Source: an uncultured Candidatus Saccharibacteria bacterium (GTDB lineage Bacteria; Patescibacteriota; Dojkabacteria; CAZCSM01). From it: DNA of 64,000 bases. Position numbers and translations under genes: made by a program. Below the pieces are notes generated by a model. That model did no database searches. It was not told the DNA's origin and worked only from the letters and a program-made list of their open reading frames with translations. Below, piece after piece: positions 37,824-46,046 of the stretch. Location of the stretch: the NCBI GenBank assembly GCA_964501355.1, contig CAZCSM010000002.1, positions 5,884 to 69,883 on the forward strand, written 5' to 3'. How positions within the stretch are numbered: the stretch's first letter is position 1; the number at the start of each line of letters is the position of its first letter.

Positions 37824-39014
37824 TTACCTCCATGTATGTGGTAATTGCAAAAGTCCGTTCTTTTTAGTGGTTGCCTTGAAATTAACAAACTCGTTAAATT
37901 CAGAGCTGTCATAAACCTCGTAGATGAGATTATTTTTTGGATCGCCTTTGAATATGCTTGCCTTATAATAAAAACTTCCTTTGTTGAAATAATTGGGATT
38001 AAAACTCAGCTTTATCTTATTCACACCTCTATTTATCTTTGGCGAGAATCCATCATAAAATGAATTATTTCCACAAATCCAAGCGTTTGTATTTTTATCA
38101 AATATAGCCAAACCCACGAATAAATCATTTTCTGGCTTTTCAACTTCTAAATTTATCTCGAAAGTTATGTTTTCCTCACTTGTGAAACTTCTTTTTTCTA
38201 GACGCTGTTTGGCATAAGTTTTTATCTCCTTGATGAAATGTAAATCTTTAACTGTAGAAGAATCATTCGAAAGTATAGGGTTGCCTTCATTTTGATAATG
38301 TGATACCACCTCTTCCGTCCCATTATCAATCCTCACCTTTCCTCCATCAATCCAAATAACCCTATCACAAAACTCTTTCACACTATCCATCCCATGGCTC
38401 ACAAACACCACAGTCTTTCCTTCTTTTTTAAAATTTCTAAACACATCAAAACATTTTTCCTGAAAACCAGCATCGCCGACTGCCAGTACTTCATCAACTA
38501 AATAAATATCAGCATCTGATTGAATGGCGATGGAGAAGGCGAGTCGTACTTGCATGCCTGAAGAATAATTCTTTACCGGCATATCGATGAAATCTCTCAC
38601 TTCTGCAAAATCTACAATTTCATCAAATTTCTTCTCTAAAAACTTCTTCGTCATTCCGAGAATTATCCCGTTAAGAAAAATGTTTTCTCTTCCCGATAAT
38701 TCAGGGTTGAATCCAACACCAAGCTCCAAGAATGGAGTCATTTGACCATTGATTTTTACACTTCCTTTATCCGGCTCGTAAATGCCTGCGAGTGTTTTTA
38801 AAAGTGTAGATTTTCCGCTACCGTTTCTTCCGATAATTCCCAAAAACTCTCCCTTTTTCACTTCGAAAGAAACATCGTTTAAAGCATTAAATTCTCGGTA
38901 CTTTGTTTTGTGAAAAGGGTTGAGAACGTAGTGTTTAATCTGCGTCTTCTGTTCAAAAGGGATTCGGAAGGTTTGGGATAAGTTATTTACTTTTATTGCA
39001 ATAGCATCGTTCAT
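37824..39014 (-). CDS. wzt: polysaccharide ABC exporter ATP-binding protein with ~150-aa C-terminal extra domain (CBM-like)
   Basis: Walker A GRNGSGKST, signature YSSGMQVRLAFS, Walker B IYLVDEVLAVGD; extension beyond the NBD to 396 aa. Confidence 0.75.
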   Translation of the reverse strand: MNDAIAIKVNNLSQTFRIPFEQKTQIKHYVLNPFHKTKYREFNALNDVSFEVKKGEFLGIIGRNGSGKSTLLKTLAGIYEPDKGSVKINGQMTPFLELGVGFNPELSGRENIFLNGIILGMTKKFLEKKFDEIVDFAEVRDFIDMPVKNYSSGMQVRLAFSIAIQSDADIYLVDEVLAVGDAGFQEKCFDVFRNFKKEGKTVVFVSHGMDSVKEFCDRVIWIDGGKVRIDNGTEEVVSHYQNEGNPILSNDSSTVKDLHFIKEIKTYAKQRLEKRSFTSEENITFEINLEVEKPENDLFVGLAIFDKNTNAWICGNNSFYDGFSPKINRGVNKIKLSFNPNYFNKGSFYYKASIFKGDPKNNLIYEVYDSSEFNEFVNFKATTKKNGLLQLPHTWR

Positions 39015-39079
39015 ATTTAAATTGGTTGGAGATTGTTAAAACATTGATAAAACATAGTTCAAACGTTGTTGAAACGTAG

Positions 39080-39463
39080 TTACAAATTTTTAGATAAATA
39101 TTTAATCAAGTTACTTATCTTCACTGATATGGTAACACAATTCTTTCGAAGTTCTTCTGATTTTGCAGAACCTATAAAGTTTTGATTCTCTGCAATATGC
39201 AACATGCTTCGCACTTCTCCGCAAGATCCTTTGGAAATGTATAAGAATCTTATAAGTTCTCTGTTGCTTTGTCTTTCGTAACCTTCAGCAATGTTATTGC
39301 TTATTGATAAAGTTGCTCTTAATATCTGATCTTTGAAATAGTAATCCCTAAATTTCTTATCTCCAAATATCTGAGATATGTCTATGAATAATTGTATTCC
39401 TAACTGCCAAATTTCTAAATCTTCAAAATTTGTTTTACTATGTTTGATCGATGTTTTATCCAT
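39080..39463 (-). CDS. four-helix-bundle protein (TIGR02436-like), copy 2 of 3, inserted between wzm and wzt
   Basis: LEIWQLGIQLF..ATLSISNNIAEGYERQSNRELIRFLYISKGSCGEVRSMLHIA; flanked by inverted repeats aaaacatagttcaaac / gtttgaaactatgtttt. Confidence 0.75.
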   Translation of the reverse strand: MDKTSIKHSKTNFEDLEIWQLGIQLFIDISQIFGDKKFRDYYFKDQILRATLSISNNIAEGYERQSNRELIRFLYISKGSCGEVRSMLHIAENQNFIGSAKSEELRKNCVTISVKISNLIKYLSKNL

Positions 39464-39543
39464 GTTTGAAACTATGTTTTATCTTTACAATGAAAGCGCT
39501 TCGCTAGATCCTTCGTTGCACTCTGGATGACACTGTTTGTTAT

Positions 39544-40338
39544 TTACAACCGTTCTGCAATCCCTTTGATATTTTTCTTAAAAAAATACAGACTGATGAA
39601 AAATGCCGGTAATATTATTGCCAGCATTATTAGGTTCGTTTTTACAAATTCTATCTTCCCATAAATCAGTGCCGATCTTGCGGAAAGAATGATTCTAGTT
39701 AATGGATTTAATGCAACAACGGTGCTTATTGTTCCGGTCAACATTTCAATCGGGTATATGATTGGTGTAAGGTAGAAAAACACTTGCAATACTAGTTCCC
39801 AAATCGGGGCAATATCTCTGAATCGGACATGTAAAATACTTATAATAAATCCGAAAGTTAATATTAGTATGTATTGGATGAAAATTAAAAAGATGAAATA
39901 TAAAAATGATTGGAATGTGACATCTGTTTTAAATACAATTGCGAATATTCCGAAAATACAGAGGTTTATTCCATAATTTATTATGGCAATTATTGTTGAA
40001 GATACCACCGCAATTTCCTTTGGAAAATTTACCTTCAGAATAATTCCGGCTTTTCCTAGAATTGAATGCATACCGTTAATTGTTCCTTCTGAGAAGAATT
40101 GAAATGTAATTGTTCCGAGTAATAGGTATAAAGGGTAATTTGAGATTGAGTCATTTCCACCGAAGAATTTAGAAAAAACAGTATACAGAATCAGAAACAT
40201 CATAAACGGACGGATAAGCACCCATGCAAATCCGAGAAATGAATTATTATATCTGATTTTGAAGTCTGTCTTTACAAGCTCGACCAGAAGGTCTTTAAGA
40301 TTTTCGTTGGATCGATTCATATGTATGTTCAAAGTCAT
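39544..40338 (-). CDS. wzm: polysaccharide ABC exporter permease (ABC-2 type)
   Basis: LVKTDFKIRYNNSFLGFAWVLIRPFMMFLILYTVFS matches the Wzm/TagG N-terminal signature; 6 TM helices; 264 aa. Confidence 0.75.
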   Translation of the reverse strand: MTLNIHMNRSNENLKDLLVELVKTDFKIRYNNSFLGFAWVLIRPFMMFLILYTVFSKFFGGNDSISNYPLYLLLGTITFQFFSEGTINGMHSILGKAGIILKVNFPKEIAVVSSTIIAIINYGINLCIFGIFAIVFKTDVTFQSFLYFIFLIFIQYILILTFGFIISILHVRFRDIAPIWELVLQVFFYLTPIIYPIEMLTGTISTVVALNPLTRIILSARSALIYGKIEFVKTNLIMLAIILPAFFISLYFFKKNIKGIAERL

Positions 40339-40339
40339 T

Positions 40340-40900
40340 TAAATGGAAGTCCCTTCTCCTTTTAGGAGAAGGTCAGGATGAGGTGATTGTGTTGTATTTA
40401 AACCTCACCCTATCCCTCTCCTATTAGGAGAGGGGACTAGAATACAATTTTGAAATAGCACGTCTTTATGATTGTATAACAAAAGGACTTCGTTTCAAAG
40501 TAGATTCAAAGTAGAGGCAGAATGAGGATGACTGGAACAAGAAATGGATCCCGTGTCGAAGCACGGGATGACGAAGTGAAATGACACCAGCTGTCATCGC
40601 GGGCGAAGACCCGCGATCTCGGAGTACATTGATTACTGACTTTTGTGAAAAACAGTAGTTTTATATTTAATCCGAGATCCCGCATCACACCCCGAGATTC
40701 GGGGCTGTGCGGGATGACATAATATCTTCTCCCCTGAAAAGGGGAGTGGTTGCGAAGCAACCGAGGGGTGTTACCGTACACCTTCCGCCACTAATAATCG
40801 GTTTATTATTCTTCGAGCGCAACGAAGTGGAGTCGAGAAGTTCTCGACTTCGCTCGAACAATAAACCATGTCTGATTCTCCACCAGTAGTGAGCTTGTCG
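40340..40900. repeat. palindrome-dense intergenic region: at least nine distinct short hairpin units of several families
   Basis: ccttctcct-ttt-aggagaagg; ccctctcct-att-aggagaggg; gatcccgtgtcg-aag-cacgggatgacg; tgaca-ccagc-tgtca; cgcggg-cgaaga-cccgcg; atcccgca..ccccga-gat-tcgggg..tgcgggat; ctcccct-gaaa-aggggag; ggttgc-gaa-gcaacc; ttattcttcgagcg..tcgagaa-g-ttctcga..cgctcgaacaataa. Confidence 0.8.
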
Positions 40901-40994
40901 AATTATGCGGAGAAGGACACTGTGCTATGCACTAGTTGCAAACGGTTGTTTATAGTACAATATTTCTATCTGAATTTTGGCTTAAAGATTTTTA

Positions 40995-41924
40995 ATGAAA
41001 AACTTTGATCTTTCGATTGTTATACTTACATATAATGTTCGCAATTTATTAAAGGAGTGTCTTCATTCTGTTTTTAATTCCGTCGATTTCGCGAAGCTTT
41101 CTGCTGAGGTATTCGTGGTTGATAATGGTAATGATGGAACGGATAAAATGATTGGAGAATTTTTCAATCGTTCGGTAAAGTATATCCCAAATTCTTCTGA
41201 ATCCGGATATGCGGCATCGAACAATCTTGCATTAAAACAAACTTCGGGGAAATATGTTCTTCTTCTTAACCCTGATACAAAACTTCAAAATGACACGCTG
41301 AAAGTTATTTACGATTACATGGAAGAAAATCCTGATGTCGGCGTTTCGACTGCAAAGGTCGAGCTTCCAGATGGAAAATTGGATGGTGCTTGTCACAGAT
41401 CTTTTCCCACACCATGGAATGCATTAACGAGATTTTCTCATTTGTCGAAAAAATATCCGACTAGTAAGATTTTCAATCAGTATAATTTGGGATATTTGGA
41501 TATTAATACCATACACGAAGTTGATTGTTGTACTGGAGCTTTTATGTTTATTCGACGAGAATCGATAGAAGGAGGTTCTCGCCATGCTGAAGTCGGCTGG
41601 CTTGATGAAGATTATTGGGCAAATGGAGAGGATATCGATTTTTGTTATAGAATTAAGCAAGCCGGTTGGAAGATTATGTTTGTCCCGACGACAAAGATCA
41701 TTCATTATAAGGGAGCAAGTAGCGGAACGCAGCTTTCAACACAAGAGATTTCAAGTGCGGATAAAATGACGAAAAGAAGATGGATTAACGCATTTCATGA
41801 TACGATGCCGATTTTTTATAAAAAACATTACACGAAGAAATATCCGTTTTTCGTGAGATGGATAGTACTTCTGGGCGTTGAGATAAAAAGACAAATTGCA
41901 CTTAAAAAACTATTAAATAACTAA
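40995..41924 (+). CDS. GT2-family glycosyltransferase
   Basis: DLSIVILTYNVRNLLKECL..VVDNGNDGT..LLNPDT GT-A motifs; 309 aa. Confidence 0.75.
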   Translation: MKNFDLSIVILTYNVRNLLKECLHSVFNSVDFAKLSAEVFVVDNGNDGTDKMIGEFFNRSVKYIPNSSESGYAASNNLALKQTSGKYVLLLNPDTKLQNDTLKVIYDYMEENPDVGVSTAKVELPDGKLDGACHRSFPTPWNALTRFSHLSKKYPTSKIFNQYNLGYLDINTIHEVDCCTGAFMFIRRESIEGGSRHAEVGWLDEDYWANGEDIDFCYRIKQAGWKIMFVPTTKIIHYKGASSGTQLSTQEISSADKMTKRRWINAFHDTMPIFYKKHYTKKYPFFVRWIVLLGVEIKRQIALKKLLNN

Positions 41925-41959
41925 TTATAATTTCAAAGTGATACTAGTTTTTTAAGAAA

Positions 41960-42145
41960 TTCCAAATTCTAAATTACAAATATCAAATAAATTACAATAT
42001 ATAAAATCTCAAAATAATTATTTGTAGGTTTTGTGATTTGGCGAATTAATGTTTGAGATTTGTTTGGAAATTAAGATTTTGGATTTGGTGCTTTAAGATA
42101 ATGATTCTTATACATGGATTCCGTGTCGAGCACGGAATGACGATT
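41960..42145. repeat. AT-rich modular inverted-repeat pair with ~35-nt spacer (no cargo) followed by one gatcccgtgtcg-type palindromic unit, immediately upstream of GT4 gene
   Basis: aaattccaaattctaaattacaaatatcaaata ... gagatttgtttggaaattaagattttggatttggtgcttt; then ggattccgtgtcgagcacggaatgacg at 42116-42142. Confidence 0.55.
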
Positions 42146-42164
42146 TACTTTACACATAAAATTG

Positions 42165-43394
42165 ATGCGTATTGGTATTGATGTTCGGATGATTTTTGAA
42201 TTTCCAACCGGTATTGGAAATTATCGTAAGAGTTTGATGGAAGCTCTCTTTGAGATTGATCATGAGAATGATTACATTTTAGTTGGGAACAGCAATCAGC
42301 GGTCAGCTTTCAGCGCACAGCTTGAGCAAGTGAATATTTCATTTGGAGAAATAAAATCTAAAGCTAATCATCCTCAGCAACATCTTCTCCTCAGAAGAGA
42401 ATTGCAAAAGCTTAATCTTGATGTCTTTTACACAACACCGTGGGGTGCGACTCTTGGTCTGCCATGCAAATACGTCCTGGAAATTCCTGATCTTATTTAT
42501 CACCATTATCCTCAGTTTGGCTCCTGGAAATCAAAACTTTATGAATTGTTTTTAGAGAAACCTATTGCACGAAATGCCGAGCATGTTGTAACAATTTCTG
42601 ATTTTGTTAAGACAGATATTCATAATTATCTCGGTGTCGATCTGGATGATATTTCGAATATGAAGGGGGATGTTTCTTCTGATTATCGTGTAATTGAAGA
42701 TGAGAAATTTATTAATAATGTTTTAGAGAAATATGGATTGGTGGACCCTAAATTTCGTCGGGGTAATGAAGGGGTGGATCCCGTGTCGGAGCACGGGATG
42801 ACGCCGTTCTTTGTATATCTTGGGAATCAGCGTCCGCATAAAAATTTGGTAAGTTTGTTAAAGGCGTTTGAGATTTTTAAAGACGGGGTTATTTCGTCAC
42901 CTCACCCTAGCCCTCTCCTAAGAGGAGAGGGGACAGATGTGAAGCTTGTCATTATTGGCGGTGTTGACGCAAGCGGGAGGGATGAGGATTCTTTGCGAAT
43001 TCAAAAACAACTTGGGGAAATGAAATATAAAGATGACGTTATGCTTTTGGGAAAGGTGTTTGATAATAATGAAGTTGCTGCAATTTTCAACCGCGCAATT
43101 GCTATGGTTCACCCATCAATGCATGAAGGGTTTGGTATGACTCCTCTTGAAGCAATGAGATGCGGTTGTCCAATTATTGCCTCAAATGTTACTGCTATGC
43201 CCGAGGTTGTAGGTGAAGCGGGTATTTTAATTGATCCTCTCGATCAAAATGCCATCGCAACGGCAATGTATGAACTTTTTACAAACCAGAAATTAAATAA
43301 AGATTTAAAGCAGAAATCTTTAACTCAATCTAAACTGTTTTCTTGGGAAAAAACTGCTAGAATATTGTTAGACGTATTTAGTAAATTGAAATGA
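42165..43394 (+). CDS. GT4-family glycosyltransferase carrying two in-frame palindromic-repeat insertions
   Basis: [23 protein letters not shown]4 motif; inserted peptides [11 protein letters not shown] (42776-42805) and [15 protein letters not shown] (42897-42935) are encoded by hairpins identical to intergenic repeat units. Confidence 0.7.
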   Translation: MRIGIDVRMIFEFPTGIGNYRKSLMEALFEIDHENDYILVGNSNQRSAFSAQLEQVNISFGEIKSKANHPQQHLLLRRELQKLNLDVFYTTPWGATLGLPCKYVLEIPDLIYHHYPQFGSWKSKLYELFLEKPIARNAEHVVTISDFVKTDIHNYLGVDLDDISNMKGDVSSDYRVIEDEKFINNVLEKYGLVDPKFRRGNEGVDPVSEHGMTPFFVYLGNQRPHKNLVSLLKAFEIFKDGVISSPHPSPLLRGEGTDVKLVIIGGVDASGRDEDSLRIQKQLGEMKYKDDVMLLGKVFDNNEVAAIFNRAIAMVHPSMHEGFGMTPLEAMRCGCPIIASNVTAMPEVVGEAGILIDPLDQNAIATAMYELFTNQKLNKDLKQKSLTQSKLFSWEKTARILLDVFSKLK

Positions 43395-43395
43395 G

Positions 43396-44652
43396 ATGCA
43401 GGGTTTCCAACTACAAGCCAGAAGTAAGATAGTTATTTCTGTACGGATATTAATTCAGATTGTATTTATTTTATACCTAATCTTCGCGAAGGAAGATTTT
43501 CAGAACCTTGCTGCTTTCTTAGTTGCAATCATCGCTGCGGAAGGCTACAAATTACTCGGTGCTGTAGCAATATCCCAAAATAGCAGATTCCGCGATTTGA
43601 TTGGTTTAGTAACCGGTGTACTAAACGGTATGATATTTATGATTACCTTGTATCTGACAGGCTTTGTTCAAACGGAATTGTGGATGTTCGCCTTACTTTC
43701 TGTCGCATTGACAGCTTTAGAATATGGTATTTATGGTGCCGTTGCAGAAAGTTTGGTTATGATGTCCCTTTATGTTGTAATTGGAGGAATAGAGAGTATG
43801 GACTATTCCATTTTGTTAATTCGTGCTTTTGTAACAATTCTTGTTTCTGCAATTTACGGTTATATTTCAAATCGTGAATTAGTCTTCGAGAAAAGATTTC
43901 AAGAACTGGAAAAGATGAGCAAACTTACAAAAGATCAGAAATCCAGGTTTATTGGTCTCATCTCACACAGTTTGCGGACTCCAATTACGACAATTCGCGG
44001 ATATGTTGATTTACTTGTTAATGAAAGAGCCGGAAAGCTTAAAAAGGAGCAAATGGAATTGGTGGAGAAATTAAAGGAAGAAACTAGCGAGCTTCAAGAT
44101 CTAACAGAAGACTTTCTTACTATCAGTACATTAGAGAAAGAACACATTCAGTTAGACTTCTCCGAATTCGACATATGTGGGCTTTGCAAGGAGGTTTATG
44201 AGGAAATGACACCTCGTGCAAAAGAGAAAGGTATTACCTTTAAATATGAAGACAAATCCTCTCAGTGTTCATATGAAGGTGAGAGATCCAAGCTTGAAAA
44301 TGCAATAAAGAATCTTATCGACAACGCAATCAAGTTCACGCCACAGGATGGTACGGTGACGTTATCTTTATATAATGATACGGATTATGTTTATATCGAT
44401 GTTCATGATACTGGAGTTGGAATCCCACAAAAGGAGCAAAAAGATCTTTTTGGAATGTTCTCAAGAGCAACAAACATTTTGAAATATGAGTATAAAGGTG
44501 TAGGATTAGGGCTATACATGTCTCGGCTTATTGTTGAGGCTCATGGAGGAAGAATAGAACTTGAATCAGAAGAGGGTGTTGGTAGTAAGTTTTCAATTAT
44601 TCTTCCAACCGGCAAATTAGGCAAAGTTATCAGGAAAATATCCGGAAAGTAA
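43396..44652 (+). CDS. membrane sensor histidine kinase
   Basis: 5-6 TM helices N-terminal; H-box LISHSLRTPITTIRGY; G-box GVGLGLYMSRLIVEAHGGRIELESEEGVGSKFSIILP. Confidence 0.8.
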   Translation: MQGFQLQARSKIVISVRILIQIVFILYLIFAKEDFQNLAAFLVAIIAAEGYKLLGAVAISQNSRFRDLIGLVTGVLNGMIFMITLYLTGFVQTELWMFALLSVALTALEYGIYGAVAESLVMMSLYVVIGGIESMDYSILLIRAFVTILVSAIYGYISNRELVFEKRFQELEKMSKLTKDQKSRFIGLISHSLRTPITTIRGYVDLLVNERAGKLKKEQMELVEKLKEETSELQDLTEDFLTISTLEKEHIQLDFSEFDICGLCKEVYEEMTPRAKEKGITFKYEDKSSQCSYEGERSKLENAIKNLIDNAIKFTPQDGTVTLSLYNDTDYVYIDVHDTGVGIPQKEQKDLFGMFSRATNILKYEYKGVGLGLYMSRLIVEAHGGRIELESEEGVGSKFSIILPTGKLGKVIRKISGK

Positions 44653-44670
44653 TATTTCTTTGTTAAAGAA

Positions 44671-45057
44671 ATGGCAAATAAATACAACAAAAAGATATTA
44701 ATAATTGAGGATGAGCCGAGTGTCCTTGAGATTTATGCTAGAGAACTTGAGCACGCTGGATTTGAGGTTGTTAAAGCTTTAGACTCTGATTCGGGGTACG
44801 ATCTAGCAAAAAGTGAGAATCCAGACTTAATACTTCTGGATATAATGATTCCCGGTAGTGGAGGTCTGGATCTTCTAAGAAGATTTAAAACGGAATCAAC
44901 AACAAAGGGAATTTTAGTTGCAATGCTTACGAATCTTGATTCGATATCTATGGTCAATGATTGTTATGAACTGGGCGCAGATGCATACTTTGTTAAGGCG
45001 GAATTTCTCCCATCTGAAATTACCAAAGAGGTTATCACAATGTTAGGTCTAAATTAG
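44671..45057 (+). CDS. single-domain response regulator (receiver only, CheY-like)
   Basis: KILIIEDE..DLILLDIMIPGSGGLDLL with conserved Asp pocket; 128 aa, no output domain. Confidence 0.75.
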   Translation: MANKYNKKILIIEDEPSVLEIYARELEHAGFEVVKALDSDSGYDLAKSENPDLILLDIMIPGSGGLDLLRRFKTESTTKGILVAMLTNLDSISMVNDCYELGADAYFVKAEFLPSEITKEVITMLGLN

Positions 45058-45086
45058 CAATATATTTATTATCATTAACTACAACA

Positions 45087-45473
45087 ATGGCAGAGAAAAT
45101 AAATAAGAAGATACTTATTATCGAAGATGAGGAGGCTGTCCTTGATGTATATTCGAAGGAATTAAAGTTTTCAGGTTTTGATGTAATCACTGCCCTTGAT
45201 TCGGATTCCGGTTATAAAAAAGTTCTTGAAGAAAATCCGGATATGATTCTTCTGGATATCATGCTTCCGGGGGCAAGCGGATTAGAACTTCTGAAACAGT
45301 TGAAGAATAACGAGAAAACGAAAGATATAATGGTAGTTATGCTTACGAACCTTGATGCATCGGCCGTTATTGACGAGGGATACAAACTGGGCGCTGAAGC
45401 ATATTTTATAAAAGCTGAATTCGTTCCATCCCAAATAACCGAAGAGATAAAATCATTGTTGGGTCTGTCATAG
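45087..45473 (+). CDS. single-domain response regulator (receiver only), paralog of 44671..45057
   Basis: KILIIEDEEAVLDVY..DMILLDIMLPGASGLELL; 128 aa. Confidence 0.75.
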   Translation: MAEKINKKILIIEDEEAVLDVYSKELKFSGFDVITALDSDSGYKKVLEENPDMILLDIMLPGASGLELLKQLKNNEKTKDIMVVMLTNLDASAVIDEGYKLGAEAYFIKAEFVPSQITEEIKSLLGLS

Positions 45474-45530
45474 TTTCTCTTAAATGCGTTAATTATATAA
45501 TAACTCTTTAAGAAATAAGGAGGCCTTGAT

Positions 45531-45570
45531 ATCAAATTCCAAATTCTAAATAACAATTTCCAAACAAATC
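45531..45570. repeat. left AT-rich modular arm flanking the four-helix-bundle gene (contains caatttccaaacaaat)
   Basis: reverse complement of module atttgtttggaaattg found in right arm at 45965-45980. Confidence 0.55.
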
Positions 45571-45573
45571 ACA

Positions 45574-45936
45574 ATGACCAAAATCTCAAATAACAAACAA
45601 TATGATTTAGAGGAAAGAACTTTAGAATATGGTAAGAGAATTGTTAGATTCTGCAAATCTTTATCAAAAGATAAAATAAATTCTAGACTTTGTGATCAAT
45701 GTTTGCGCTCTGGAACATCTATAGGAGCGAATTATAGAGAAGCAAATGAAACAGAAACAAAAAAGGACTTTTTGTTTAGGATGAGGATATCTCGAAAGGA
45801 AGCAAAAGAGACGATTTATTGGTTACAATTAATAACAGAAGCAAATCTAGAACTAGAAAATAAGATTAAACCTTTGTTAGAAGAAACTTCTGAACTTCTA
45901 AAAATAATTTCGAGTATAATCGAGAAGTGTAAATAG
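45574..45936 (+). CDS. four-helix-bundle protein (TIGR02436-like), copy 3 of 3, between inverted AT-rich arms
   Basis: 120 aa; GTSIGANYREANETETKKDFLFRMRISRKEAKETIYWLQLI parallels paralogs. Confidence 0.7.
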   Translation: MTKISNNKQYDLEERTLEYGKRIVRFCKSLSKDKINSRLCDQCLRSGTSIGANYREANETETKKDFLFRMRISRKEAKETIYWLQLITEANLELENKIKPLLEETSELLKIISSIIEKCK

Positions 45937-46000
45937 TTTAGAATTTTGAATTTGTTATTTGATATTTGTTTGGAAATTGAGATTTTGGATTTGGTGCTTT
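45937..46000. repeat. right AT-rich modular arm (tttagaattttgaatttgttatttgatatttgtttggaaattgagattttggatttggtgcttt)
   Basis: near-identical to 42055-42100 and 21345-21390. Confidence 0.6.
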
Positions 46001-46046
46001 TTATTAAGTTTTGTATTTTGTGAATTGTTAATAAGTTTAATGCTAT

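Noticed and set aside
40506-40781. 91-aa minus-strand ORF (and 40707..40889 plus-strand ORF) in the ORF track
   Set aside because: They lie wholly within the palindromic hairpin cluster. Translation across inverted repeats gives frame-open stretches by construction. No coding signal is visible.
40340-40900. Possible CRISPR array, because of the many short palindromic repeats
   Set aside because: The units differ from one another in sequence and are themselves hairpins, not one direct repeat with uniform unique spacers. No cas genes are present in the window.
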